A DNA stretch of 64,000 nt from Alphaproteobacteria bacterium (GTDB lineage Bacteria; Pseudomonadota; Alphaproteobacteria; Micavibrionales; Micavibrionaceae). A program made the translations under genes and the position numbers. The stretch's first letter is position 1. Every line of letters begins with the position of its first letter. The notes below the pieces were generated by a model. The model did no database searches. It was not told the DNA's origin and saw nothing but the letters and a program-made list of their open reading frames with translations. Where the stretch lies: contig WGMJ01000010.1 in assembly GCA_016125135.1 (NCBI GenBank), positions 35,885 through 99,884 of the forward strand. Direction: 5' to 3'. Below are positions 1-9,606 of the stretch, in pieces.

Positions 1-274
1 GCGGACGGCTTGGATCAAAGCGGCGTTTGTCTTTGGCGTAAGCTGGCTTAAAGCTCTTGGTGATATAGCCTTCATCATCAACAACTTTACCCGCTACCAG
101 CGGTGACACAAACGGCGTTAAACGTGGTTTGGATTTATCAATATCGAAGTGAATTTCTTCGCTATCTTCGGTTTGTTCCTGACCAAAAAACACGTCCAGC
201 AAAAACGAGCTTGGACGATCCAGCCGTTCGACCACCTTGGTCAGAACATGGGTGCTAAAAATATCTACAGACAT
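1..274 (-). CDS. Major capsid protein, lambda gpE-like (N-terminal fragment; runs off the window)
   Basis: My own minus-strand translation from the ATG at 272-274 gives MSVDIFSTHVLTKVVERLDRPSSFLLDVFFGQEQTEDSEEIHFDIDKSKPRLTPFVSPL... An SD (taaggaga) lies at 283-290. The gene sits directly downstream of the gpD-like gene. It is absent from the ORF track because it is truncated. Confidence 0.75.
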   Translation of the reverse strand, partial: MSVDIFSTHVLTKVVERLDRPSSFLLDVFFGQEQTEDSEEIHFDIDKSKPRLTPFVSPLVAGKVVDDEGYITKSFKPAYAKDKRRFDPSRP

Positions 275-294
275 GTGTGTGTTCTCCTTATGGG

Positions 295-669
295 TTAAGA
301 TTGATTGCTACGAAGGAAGATGCTTTTGGAACGTAAACCAGCGCGGATACTCTCCACCGTTTGGCCAGTGCCAAGCGTGAGCGCGTTTTCGTTAAACTCC
401 CCGCTGAAATACACAACGGCTTGTTTATCTTCGGCGCTTGCATCCACCGTTTCAGCGAGAATGGCATCGGGCGTTTCTGATCCATCGCTTGCACCAGCGG
501 CGCTTAAGACAAATTTACCGGATGCGGTAATGCGTCCGAGCACTGCGCCTTTGGTCAGATTGCTGCCTGATGCAATGGTGATGATGCGTTCAATGCGGGG
601 ATATTCCCCCGCCAGTAAATTACAGGGCTTATATTCACCCTGATCGGTAAAACCTGAAGCATGTGTCAT
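295..669 (-). CDS. Head decoration protein (lambda gpD-like)
   Basis: 124-aa ORF between the protease/scaffold gene and the capsid gene. Its size and position match lambda gene order C-Nu3-D-E. Confidence 0.7.
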   Translation of the reverse strand: MTHASGFTDQGEYKPCNLLAGEYPRIERIITIASGSNLTKGAVLGRITASGKFVLSAAGASDGSETPDAILAETVDASAEDKQAVVYFSGEFNENALTLGTGQTVESIRAGLRSKSIFLRSNQS

Positions 670-696
670 GGTTTTGGGTCTCCTTTATTTTTGGGG

Positions 697-1911
697 TTAG
701 CGGGTTGAGGCGATACGGTCGGCAACCGTATCGGCAGTGGCAATATGATCATCCCCATCAGGGGCAATCTCGGGATTGGGGATGGCTGACATCACACGCT
801 CAAATGAAGATGATTGCGATTTCTCCGGTTCATCCTTTGGGGCGCTCTTCATCAAATGCTGGGCATCCATCGCATTGATCTCAGTATTCAGCGCAATTTC
901 CTGCGCTAGTTTTTCTCGGCCTTCGGCAGCTTCACAGCTTAGAATATCTTTTAATCGCTGCTTTTCCTTGGCTGATCCTTCTGCGTGCAGTGATGCCACC
1001 AGATCTGGGTGATCGGTTTTGAGTTGTTCAAGGTTCATGGGCTTTTTCTCCTTTTTCGGTTGAGGTTGGGTTAAACTAAAAAAACCCTCTGGCGGAGGGC
1101 TTTGTGTTTTCGGGGATGAAAGTTCTGTAATCAGGCGTTCTAATGATCCGATGCGATCTGCCAAACCGGCACTGACGGCATTCGCGCCAATCATCACATC
1201 ACCACCGCCGTAATGCTCTAGCACATGATCAGGCGTAACAGATCGGTTGCGGGCAATGGTGGACACAAACACATCGGCCATTGCATCGATACGTGTTTGC
1301 AACTTTGCACGGCCATCATCGCTCATTGGATCAAGACGTTTGTGCGGGCTTTGCGAGGAAACAATCTCAACTGTTTCAGCAGATTCCTTAGCTGATTTTC
1401 CACGGTAAATACCCACCACACCAATTGATCCCAGCGCCGATGTTTCCGATACCACAATTTCATCGGCAGCAGAGGCAATCCAATACGCCCCAGATGCCGC
1501 ATCACCAGACGCATAAGCAATAATCGGCTTTGTGCCGCGTGCCTCAAAAATCATACTGGCCAGTTCCGACACGCCATTGACTTCACCGCCGGGGGAATCA
1601 ATATCCAGAATAATCGAGCTAATTTGCGGGTTTTCAAGGGCGCTCATAAAATCACGCGCAATCAATTCATAACTGGATGCGCCGCTGATGGCTGTGAAGA
1701 TGTTGGCATAGCGAAACAATGGCCCTGTTACAGGAATAATGGCGACACCGTCGCGCTCAGTGGCGTTATAGCTGTTTTGCAATTGACGACCGAGTTTGGC
1801 AGCAACCGCCTCGGGCGCTTCATTCTCACGTGCGGCGACTTCTAAAATTGTGTGCAAGGCTGTTTCGGTAATCGCCCACGGATCACCGGTTATGCGGTTC
1901 CAGATTCTCAT
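697..1911 (-). CDS. S49-family (SppA/ClpP-fold) prohead protease with C-terminal scaffold-like region (gpC-like)
   Basis: The translation has the S49 peptidase core (IDSPGGEV, ASGDAASGAYWIASAADE). The C-terminal third is charged and coiled. It overlaps the end of the portal gene. Confidence 0.85.
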   Translation of the reverse strand: MRIWNRITGDPWAITETALHTILEVAARENEAPEAVAAKLGRQLQNSYNATERDGVAIIPVTGPLFRYANIFTAISGASSYELIARDFMSALENPQISSIILDIDSPGGEVNGVSELASMIFEARGTKPIIAYASGDAASGAYWIASAADEIVVSETSALGSIGVVGIYRGKSAKESAETVEIVSSQSPHKRLDPMSDDGRAKLQTRIDAMADVFVSTIARNRSVTPDHVLEHYGGGDVMIGANAVSAGLADRIGSLERLITELSSPKTQSPPPEGFFSLTQPQPKKEKKPMNLEQLKTDHPDLVASLHAEGSAKEKQRLKDILSCEAAEGREKLAQEIALNTEINAMDAQHLMKSAPKDEPEKSQSSSFERVMSAIPNPEIAPDGDDHIATADTVADRIASTR

Positions 1912-3427
1912 CGTTTTCCTCTTTTTCTTGAGTGTTGGTGTTTAAGATGCTGTTCACATCATTGATTGTCAGGCCAAGTTCTGTGATCTTGGCTTTTTCA
2001 CGGGCAAGCTGTTCCAAGACTTCTTCCCAATCCAAACCTTGGCTGGCACATTCATCCTCCAGCGTGGAAAGACCAATTTGCATACGAAGGTGTGCGGCTT
2101 TAGCTTCTTTCACAGGATCAACCCATCCCCGACCTGGGCCGATCCACTTGCACCGTGTCCATGCGGCCTTGTTCTCATAAAAATCAGGGGCTTCAATCAG
2201 CCCCTTGTTAATCGCTTCTTCTAGCCATAATTCATAAACAGGTCTTGCCCAATAAGTCGCAAGCCATTGACGCTGCGCGGAGAAATATCGCCACGCCTCC
2301 AAGAGTGCCGCGCGTGCGCTTGAATAATTGGTTTTGGAAAAATCCTTCATCAATAATTCAAACGGGATATTCAGACCCGCACCAATATGGCGCAGGACAT
2401 TTTCTACAAACTGGCCGTAACCGCTATTCGGGCGGCTTGGCGTAAAGGGTGCGACTTTATCGCCGGGGAAGATCGGAATAATTGATCCACCCTGCAGGCG
2501 AATATCCCATTCATTACGGGCGGCGAGATAATCTTCAACCGATCCGCCAAACATCTCGCCAATACTTTCACCGTCCAGCGGGGTTTCAATAAATGCCGCA
2601 ATCATGGCATTCACCACCGCCGCCTGAAGCTCTGATCTCTCGTAATGATCGAGCATTTTAAACATCGGCATGATAGAGGTGAGAAGCGGTTTACCGCGAT
2701 GTTGGCCTGTGCGCTCCTTATCATGGATATGCAGAACACGGCGACGACCGAAGCTGGTTGCAAATGGAATACGCTCCCAATCGCTGATATCAACACCAAA
2801 TCCTAAATACGCATCACTGGGATGGCTTTTGCGAATATAATAGGTACGCGGCGCGCCATAGGCATCAATCTCAATCCCAGCGCGAAGATATTTACCATCC
2901 TGCTTGCCGTTGGGGTTACACAGGCGATCTGCCTCCACCAGCTGAATGGCGGTTGCGAATTTTGCGCCTCTGTTTTCAAGCCACAAGGGCAGTGCCAGCG
3001 CTTCACCATTGATAATGCTGGAGCGAAACACGAGGCATGTCATCCCTGCGAAGGTCAGGCTTTTGGCGGCATCACAATCGGTACTTTCTGCCCATGCCCG
3101 CCAGAGGGATTCCGCCCCGCGTGACCATTCATCCGCCCATTTCTTATCTTTGCCCAATGCTCGATAATCAGGCGTTGCCGATAAACGCAAACCCGTACCA
3201 ACCACATTATCGGTGAGTGTTTGCATCGCACCAGCGGCCACGCCATGATTACGGCTTAAATCTCGAGAACGTGATACCAGCGTAGGTAATTCGCCCAGCA
3301 AATCACTATCGGCAGAGCCCAAAGGCGGTAGCCAGCTGGAAAGCTCCCGCGCACGGTGGGATGCCGCGCGATGCGCCGTATCGCTGACTTTAAGCGGGTT
3401 TCCTGCGCTGTCTAAAAGTTGAACCAT
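1883..3427 (-). CDS. Phage portal protein, lambda family
   Basis: 514-aa ORF located between gpW and the protease. The sequence resembles lambda gpB-type portals. Confidence 0.9.
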   Translation of the reverse strand: MVQLLDSAGNPLKVSDTAHRAASHRARELSSWLPPLGSADSDLLGELPTLVSRSRDLSRNHGVAAGAMQTLTDNVVGTGLRLSATPDYRALGKDKKWADEWSRGAESLWRAWAESTDCDAAKSLTFAGMTCLVFRSSIINGEALALPLWLENRGAKFATAIQLVEADRLCNPNGKQDGKYLRAGIEIDAYGAPRTYYIRKSHPSDAYLGFGVDISDWERIPFATSFGRRRVLHIHDKERTGQHRGKPLLTSIMPMFKMLDHYERSELQAAVVNAMIAAFIETPLDGESIGEMFGGSVEDYLAARNEWDIRLQGGSIIPIFPGDKVAPFTPSRPNSGYGQFVENVLRHIGAGLNIPFELLMKDFSKTNYSSARAALLEAWRYFSAQRQWLATYWARPVYELWLEEAINKGLIEAPDFYENKAAWTRCKWIGPGRGWVDPVKEAKAAHLRMQIGLSTLEDECASQGLDWEEVLEQLAREKAKITELGLTINDVNSILNTNTQEKEENDENLEPHNR

Positions 3428-3439
3428 ATTTAAATATCC

Positions 3440-3670
3440 TTAAAAACTGGTGCGGATAATGCCGCGGCGGGCAGATCCGCTTTTCTTGGCGATTTCTGCT
3501 TCAAGCTCGTGAATATAACGCTCCAGTGCCTCAACATTGGCGGCGCTATAGGTGGTTGAGCCATAGCCATGCAAGCTGACGGTCACTTCCTGCGATCCTG
3601 TCAGCAGGCGATGGCGAGCTTCTTTCGCCTGCACCAAGCGACTTTGCAATTCCAGCAATGTGTCGGTCAT
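3440..3670 (-). CDS. Head-to-tail joining protein gpW-like
   Basis: 76-aa ORF between terminase and portal. The ending (...YIHELEAEIAKKSG..RRG) resembles lambda gpW. Confidence 0.65.
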   Translation of the reverse strand: MTDTLLELQSRLVQAKEARHRLLTGSQEVTVSLHGYGSTTYSAANVEALERYIHELEAEIAKKSGSARRGIIRTSF

Positions 3671-3690
3671 ACTTTGCTCCTAGTCTGTCG

Positions 3691-3719
3691 TTGACATTTC
3701 GATGATAAAAAAATATTCT
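3691..3719 (+). promoter_or_regulatory. Sigma70-like promoter for the moron gene: TTGACA, 17-nt spacer, TATTCT
   Basis: TTGACA at 3691-3696, 17-nt spacer, TATTCT at 3714-3719, in an AT-rich gap upstream of the plus-strand ORF. Confidence 0.4.
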
Positions 3720-3863
3720 TGTGTTGGTTTTTCAGAAATTCCCAGCCGCTCGCGGCCATTAGGCTACGGTGAAAATTTCTCAGATATTTTGAAAAGAAAT
3801 TCCAACTTTTTAGGACTTTCTTAATGCGAGCAAAGAAACAAAGTCCCAGAAAGTTTGAATAAA

Positions 3864-4292
3864 ATGTCTATACCTACAAAAGAAAGCCTTAAGCAAAAGG
3901 CAAAAACTGTCCGTAAATTTCTAAACGATAAATACCAAGTGGATGTTTCTCATGGTCACTGCATGGAAATCATATCGCAAGTCCTTGGTTTTAAGGACTG
4001 GAATACGGCGTCTGCCTCATTGAAACCCAAAGCCAAACAAGACCTATTACCAATTCACATCAAAACAGTTGGAGATATGAGGAAAGCATTGGCGTTATAT
4101 GATGACGACACAGCGATTTTTGACGGTGAGTACGAATTCAAAATTCAGAATTTTATCAACGACATTGATGCTGAAGATTGGGACAAGGACACCATCCTTA
4201 CCCAAGAATTCAGCCTTGTTCTCGAAGAGTTTGTTCCTGACATTGCCAGCTTTAAATTAAAAATCGAGCATGAGAGTCTCACCTTCTTTTAA
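3864..4292 (+). CDS. Hypothetical protein; AT-rich moron on the opposite strand to the packaging genes
   Basis: ORF track 3855..4292; the ATG at 3864 is preferred. The N-terminus (KQKAKTVRKFLNDKYQVDVSHGHCMEIISQVLGFKDWNTA) resembles a short helical domain seen at the N-terminus of proteins often annotated as glyoxalase-superfamily. The gene is visibly lower in GC than its flanks. Confidence 0.65.
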   Translation: MSIPTKESLKQKAKTVRKFLNDKYQVDVSHGHCMEIISQVLGFKDWNTASASLKPKAKQDLLPIHIKTVGDMRKALALYDDDTAIFDGEYEFKIQNFINDIDAEDWDKDTILTQEFSLVLEEFVPDIASFKLKIEHESLTFF

Positions 4293-4322
4293 GAAGCAAC
4301 TTTCTACATAGAAATCTCCTTT

Positions 4323-6338
4323 TTATAAATATGGATCATCGGCCCGCACGGCTTTACGTTGTGGGACGGTGATCCTTGTCTTGGTTTCAGGTTTTGAAGG
4401 TTCAAATTTGGTTTCTTCCGTCACCGGCATTTCCACACCTTTGGTTGGAATAATCACCTCTTGCCCGAGACTTTTTTCCAAAGCCCGCCATTTATAATCA
4501 GACATGCGATCCAGCCCATAAATGCTGGCTGCTGCCCGCGCATACACACGGCAGTCCAAGGCTTCGTTGTTACGGCTTGGGTCTTTTTCCCAAACTTGGC
4601 GGGGAAAACCGCGCACCACACGTGTAATACAACGCTCTGCCGTGAGCTGTTTGAAAAACTCCTCGCCATATTGCGGGAAGTGACAACTGCCGGGCGGATA
4701 CGCCACGCCATCTTCCAAATCTTTATCGGTTGGCCATTCCAATTTTAACCAGCGATAAAGCTCCATCTTCGCCACGGGGCCAGAGACGTTCCAGACCCGA
4801 AGACCTCGGCGTTTTCCGCCCGTATCGGCTTTGGATACGCTCAAGATCAGTGCGGTATTGCGCTCTTGTCCTTTGATCGCCACCACGGTACGTGGCTGGC
4901 TGGCACGAGCGCCCGAGCCACCCCAAACGGCCTGCGGGTGTTGGCGCACAAAGGCATAAACATCCTGCGTGGCATAACCGGAATCCACCGCCATCACCCG
5001 AATGGGGAGGCTGTGACCAGAGGCGTGAGGCCAGTCACGCTCTAACACCTCCGTTGAAAGGCGATCCCATGTTTCTTGGCGGGCAGTATCCCCATCTATG
5101 ATGATGTAATCCACCGACCAGTTTTGTTTGTTACGTCCCCAAGCGACCACCTCACATTCAAGACGGTCTTTTTGTACATCCACACCAGCGGTGAGGAATA
5201 AACCGCCCATCGGCACAATGCCTTGGCTGTATTTTTCACGGCGTTCATAAATGCGTTGCCATTCTGGTGCTTCGGATGATTCCTCATAAGGCTCACCCAG
5301 CACCGTATTGACAAAACCCTTCATGAGATCAGGGTTGCGTTTTGCTTCTTCAAACAGCGTTGCTGCATCCGACCAGCTAAACCACCCCACAGGGCTGTAA
5401 AGCGATGATAAATGATAGCCAACCGTGCCATCCACACTTTCCGCCGTTGCCCGCCATTCGCCTTTGGAAAGCAGTAAGGTTTTCTCATGATTATGCATGA
5501 GATGCCCGCAGGCTTCACAGGTATATTTGGCTTCGTCCGGCTCGCCTTCAGGCCAGCGTAGCTGCGTAAAGCGCAAATGCTGGTAATGACCACACTTTGT
5601 GCAAGGAACAAAAAAATAGCGCTGATCGCTTTTTTCAAACTCACGCTGTACACGGGATATTCCTTTCACTGTTGGCGTACTCACCATAAAAATCTTACGG
5701 CGCAGGCGGAATGTCGCGCTTCGGCGTTCTGCCAGCAGGATCGGATCACCTTCGCCGCCAACATCGCCTGGATACGCATCAATCTCATCCATGAACAAAT
5801 ACCGCGCAGGCATGGAACGCAGACCCGCCGCCGAATTTGCGCCAGTCATAATCAATAGACCGCCATCAAACTCTTTGCTTAGAATCGTGTTTCCGCTATC
5901 CCGCTCACGGGCAGGCTTCACACGCTCACGTAAGGCAGGCGTTTCCTGCAACAACGGTTCAATCCGCTGTTTGGAATTACGTTTGGCAAGCTCTACCGTT
6001 GGCGACACCGCCATCATCGGCCCAGGCGCCATATGGATTATATAGCCAATCCAGTTATTACCGGCTTCTGTACCGCCAACCTGTGCACCCTTCATAAACA
6101 CAATGCGCTGAGCGGGCGAGCTGGTCGAAAGCTGGTTCATTACCTCCTTGAGGTATGGCGTGCGGGCAGTTTTCCATTCACCTGGTTCTGCCGAGGATTT
6201 GCCCGATAACAGCCGATATCTATCGGCCCAATCGGCAACATCATAATGCGGTTCTGGGGTAAAACTTTTGAGGTAGACGTTTTGAACAAATGCTGCGTCA
6301 TACTCAATCGAAATTGAGTTTTCCCTCTCCAATGTCAT
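4323..6338 (-). CDS. Terminase large subunit (lambda gpA family)
   Basis: 671-aa ORF with a Walker A-like segment (KGAQVGGTE) and the gpA-type zinc motif region (CTKCGHYQ...CEACGH). Confidence 0.95.
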   Translation of the reverse strand: MTLERENSISIEYDAAFVQNVYLKSFTPEPHYDVADWADRYRLLSGKSSAEPGEWKTARTPYLKEVMNQLSTSSPAQRIVFMKGAQVGGTEAGNNWIGYIIHMAPGPMMAVSPTVELAKRNSKQRIEPLLQETPALRERVKPARERDSGNTILSKEFDGGLLIMTGANSAAGLRSMPARYLFMDEIDAYPGDVGGEGDPILLAERRSATFRLRRKIFMVSTPTVKGISRVQREFEKSDQRYFFVPCTKCGHYQHLRFTQLRWPEGEPDEAKYTCEACGHLMHNHEKTLLLSKGEWRATAESVDGTVGYHLSSLYSPVGWFSWSDAATLFEEAKRNPDLMKGFVNTVLGEPYEESSEAPEWQRIYERREKYSQGIVPMGGLFLTAGVDVQKDRLECEVVAWGRNKQNWSVDYIIIDGDTARQETWDRLSTEVLERDWPHASGHSLPIRVMAVDSGYATQDVYAFVRQHPQAVWGGSGARASQPRTVVAIKGQERNTALILSVSKADTGGKRRGLRVWNVSGPVAKMELYRWLKLEWPTDKDLEDGVAYPPGSCHFPQYGEEFFKQLTAERCITRVVRGFPRQVWEKDPSRNNEALDCRVYARAAASIYGLDRMSDYKWRALEKSLGQEVIIPTKGVEMPVTEETKFEPSKPETKTRITVPQRKAVRADDPYL

Positions 6339-6804
6339 TTAAATGCTCCCTCACATAGCGCTCTAACGCCTGATGAAGAGCGTGTTCATCAATGCCAAGT
6401 TCAGCAGCCATCAAGGCCGACACACGCGCAGGCCAATTCATCCAGCTATCCCGAACCTGCCGCCCCAGGCGATAGACTTGCGTCTTCACCATGTCTTTGT
6501 TGATGAGCTGTCCTTTCTTTTCCTGCAGGGCGAGCTGCGTTAGCTGCGCCTTGTAAAGCTCATGTGCGGTTTTGATTTTGGTAAACGATGGCTTGCCATT
6601 TGCTGCGGGCATATTTTCGGTCATCACAGGCAGGCCAGTATTGATTTTGGCTTCATCGGTGTTTTCTTTCCATTCACGATCCGCCCGTTCCACATCAATT
6701 GTGCCATCCTCATTCGGCGTGATGCGCCCAGAGCTGATGGCTTTACGCACTGCGCCCTCGGTCACACCGCGAAGCGTGGCGTATTTCCTGATTGAAAGTC
6801 CCAT
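6304..6804 (-). CDS. Terminase small subunit (HTH-containing)
   Basis: 166-aa ORF immediately upstream of TerL and overlapping it. It has an N-terminal HTH (LSIRKYATLRGVTEGAVRKAISSGRI). Confidence 0.7.
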   Translation of the reverse strand: MGLSIRKYATLRGVTEGAVRKAISSGRITPNEDGTIDVERADREWKENTDEAKINTGLPVMTENMPAANGKPSFTKIKTAHELYKAQLTQLALQEKKGQLINKDMVKTQVYRLGRQVRDSWMNWPARVSALMAAELGIDEHALHQALERYVREHLNDIGEGKLNFD

Positions 6805-6887
6805 ATTCTCTCACTTTTTAAGGATTGTTGACTTGATAAGCGTTTGAATTGAAGCGTTCATGGACATCACAACAGAAAGGAAAACCC

Positions 6888-7145
6888 ATGACAAAACAAA
6901 GCAAAAAACCAATCGAAACAACAACGGAAACCACCGCCGAGCCAGCGCCAAAAATCACCAAGAAAGCCTTGGTTGAACAACTGCTCAAATCCGATAAAGG
7001 TGCAACAATTGAGGAGCTATCCAAACAAACCGGCTGGCAAGCCCACACCGTGCGCGGGCATCTCTCCATTCTCAAAAAAGCAGGTGCAAATATCACCAGC
7101 GAACGTGTTGATAGCGTGCGGTACTATCGCATCATCACCGCCTAA
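6888..7145 (+). CDS. DUF3489-like small protein
   Basis: The C-terminal part (GATIEELSKQTGWQAHTVRGHLS.LKKAG) matches the DUF3489 signature from memory. The ATG at 6888 has the RBS gaaaggaaaa upstream. Confidence 0.6.
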   Translation: MTKQSKKPIETTTETTAEPAPKITKKALVEQLLKSDKGATIEELSKQTGWQAHTVRGHLSILKKAGANITSERVDSVRYYRIITA

Positions 7146-8404
7146 GAAGCACGCTCCTCAGCCAAAACTTCAAAGCTCTGGTCACTTTTGGCCAGAGTTG
7201 CTTTCTTACCCGTAAATTCCTCCCAGCGTTTGACGATCACATCGACATATTTTGGATCAAGCTCGATCAATCTGGCGCGACGACCTGTTTTTTCGCAAGC
7301 GATCATGGTTGATCCCGAACCGCCAAAGGCATCCAGCACAATATCCTTGGTTTTGCTGGAATTATGAATGGCACGCTCCACCAGCTCCACTGGCTTCATG
7401 GTGGGGTGCAGGTCATTCTTCACGGGCTTGTTCACAAACCAAACATCGCTTTGATCCCGCGCACCACACCAGAAATGCTCATGCCCATCTTTCCAACCAT
7501 AAAGGATCGGCTCATACTGGCGTTGATAATCGGCACGCCCCAGCGTGAAGGTGTTTTTCGCCCAGATGATAAAGGTTGACCATTTGCCACCTGCGCCGAC
7601 AAAAGCGCCGTGCAGGGTGTGAAGCTCGGACGAGCTCATGCACACATACATCGCGCCTTTGCAGACCATCATCAGGTTGGTGCAAACATCATAGAGAAAA
7701 TCGCCAAAGCCATCGCCCAGATTATCGTTTTGGATCGGGCGGGCTTTACCACGCATTTTGTCTTTCATCGAATTGGCGTAATTCACATTATAAGGCGGAT
7801 CGGTAAAGACCATGTCGGCCAGTTCTTCACCCATCAGGGCATTGTAACTGTCGATCATTGTGGAATCTCCACACAAAACTTTATGATCACCACAAATCCA
7901 TATATCGCCAAGGACACTGACAGGCGTTTCTGGCACTTCTGGCGCGGCATCTTCATCAGTCAAACCGCCAGAGGCATTGGCATCATCCAAGAACAGGTTA
8001 TCCAATTCTTCGGCATTAAAGCCCAGCAGATCGATATTGAAATCCAGATCTTCCAGCGCCGATAATTCCTCACGCAACAGGCTTTCATCCCAACCGGCAT
8101 TCTCGGCGATTTTGTTATCGGCAATCACCAGCGCGCGGCGCTGTGCCTCATTCAAATGATTAAGGCGAATGGTCGGCACGTTTTTCATGCCCAACAGTTT
8201 CGCCGCCATTAAACGCCCATGCCCTGCGATGATGATATTATCATCCCCCAGCAGAATGGGATTCACAAAACCGAATTCCGTCATCGAGGCAGCAATCTGC
8301 GACACCTGCGTATCGGAATGCGTGCGGGCATTTTTGGTATACGGGATCAGCTCATCAACCGATACATGCTCGATTTTCAATTCTTTAGATTTTGCATCAG
8401 TCAT
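7142..8404 (-). CDS. ParB-like nuclease N-terminal domain fused to an N6-adenine/N4-cytosine DNA methyltransferase (orphan)
   Basis: ParB-N motifs (PYTKNARTHS, IIAGHGR), the DPPY catalytic motif (FTDPPYNVNY) and a C-terminal SAM motif (VLDAFGGSGST). The ATG at 8404 has the SD ggagga upstream. Confidence 0.9.
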   Translation of the reverse strand: MTDAKSKELKIEHVSVDELIPYTKNARTHSDTQVSQIAASMTEFGFVNPILLGDDNIIIAGHGRLMAAKLLGMKNVPTIRLNHLNEAQRRALVIADNKIAENAGWDESLLREELSALEDLDFNIDLLGFNAEELDNLFLDDANASGGLTDEDAAPEVPETPVSVLGDIWICGDHKVLCGDSTMIDSYNALMGEELADMVFTDPPYNVNYANSMKDKMRGKARPIQNDNLGDGFGDFLYDVCTNLMMVCKGAMYVCMSSSELHTLHGAFVGAGGKWSTFIIWAKNTFTLGRADYQRQYEPILYGWKDGHEHFWCGARDQSDVWFVNKPVKNDLHPTMKPVELVERAIHNSSKTKDIVLDAFGGSGSTMIACEKTGRRARLIELDPKYVDVIVKRWEEFTGKKATLAKSDQSFEVLAEERAS

Positions 8405-8409
8405 GGTTT

Positions 8410-9606
8410 TTATTTTCCTCCATTTGCTGCAGTTGTAAGAACGCCCCACGCATGAGCGGCAGCCAATGGGACGACACCGTTTCCACAGGCGCGAATTCTG
8501 TCCACCCGATTGGCCAGCCCATCAGCCATTCGACAAATTGCGGGTTTAAGACCGGCTGGGATTCCGTCCCAATCGCCTTCGGGTCCGGGTGGGAATGGCA
8601 AACAGCTTCCACATTCAATGGCTTGGTGTTCCGCACAAACTGGCTCGGCCCCGCATTGTTTTTGGAATCCTGCGCCGTCACGGTCGGCCACATGATCTGT
8701 TCCCGTAAATTGCTTGGGCGGGATCTGCCTGCACGCTGGCCGTTTGGCCCCATCAGCTTGTCCATCGCCTCGGGCGATCTCACAGGCAGATGATCCAGCG
8801 TGTTCGGCGTTGCCCAATTGACCGATGTCTCCGCCAATCCTTTCTGCGATGAATTCGGGCCGCGTTTCTTGAAATCTTGTGCCGTCGGCGTCGGCCAATT
8901 CACCACCGATACTTCCAGACGGCATTTCGGATTGTTGTTCTGGATTTCCCTCTGGCACGGGCCGTTCGCAGAAGAGACACGGACTGTCGGCCAGAGATGC
9001 TTCACCTGATCCCGCAGGCTCAAGGGCATGCCCGCATCCATCCGTTCTTTGAATTTCTCTGAGCTCAGACAGCCACCCGTTGGCTCGGTCGCTTTCACGG
9101 TACGCCAAAATGAAGAGGCGCTCGCGTTTGTGAGTGCTACCAACTTCCGCCGCTGAGAACAGGCCTGCCTTAACGCTGTAACCCAATTCTCGAAGGTCAT
9201 CATGGACTTGTTCGAACCCCAATCGTAAATGTCCGGGGACGTTTTCAAAGAAGCAGAGCCGTGGGCGTATCTCCCGCACAATCCTGTACACATCTGGCCA
9301 GAGGTGGCGCGGGTCATCTTTGCCTTTTTGTTTTCCAGCAACGGAGAATGGCTGGCACGGATATCCCGCAGTGATGCAATCCACGATGTCACGCCACGGC
9401 TTGCCGTCAAAGGATCGTAAATCCGTCCAAACAGGCGCTTCGTCCAGGATTTTGTCTTCCATGCGCGTTGCCAGGATTTCGCACGCAAAGGCTTCGATCT
9501 CGACAAAACAGACTGCTCGAGCATTTGGCTGCGCCACTCGGATGCCGAGGTCGAGTCCGCCGACACCGGCGCACAAGGACAAAATGTTAAGGGGACAATA
9601 ATCCAC
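8410..9606 (-). CDS. DNA (cytosine-5)-methyltransferase, frame A. A second same-strand frame (8397..9614) is also fully open and carries MTase-like motifs, so a frameshift or dual coding is possible.
   Basis: Frame A carries LSLCAGVGGLDLG (motif I), GYPCQPFS (IV), ENVPG (VI), HKRERLFIL (VIII) and RVDRIRACGNGVVP (X-like). A GTG at 9606 has the RBS aaggaa. See the findings for frame B. Confidence 0.7.
   Translation of the reverse strand: MDYCPLNILSLCAGVGGLDLGIRVAQPNARAVCFVEIEAFACEILATRMEDKILDEAPVWTDLRSFDGKPWRDIVDCITAGYPCQPFSVAGKQKGKDDPRHLWPDVYRIVREIRPRLCFFENVPGHLRLGFEQVHDDLRELGYSVKAGLFSAAEVGSTHKRERLFILAYRESDRANGWLSELREIQRTDGCGHALEPAGSGEASLADSPCLFCERPVPEGNPEQQSEMPSGSIGGELADADGTRFQETRPEFIAERIGGDIGQLGNAEHAGSSACEIARGDGQADGAKRPACRQIPPKQFTGTDHVADRDGAGFQKQCGAEPVCAEHQAIECGSCLPFPPGPEGDWDGIPAGLKPAICRMADGLANRVDRIRACGNGVVPLAAAHAWGVLTTAANGGK

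Noticed and set aside
288-643. ORFs 288..494 (-) and 305..643 (+), which overlap the gpD-like gene.
   Set aside because: They are out of frame or antisense to a gene whose position and size fit the lambda head module. Their translations are unremarkable.
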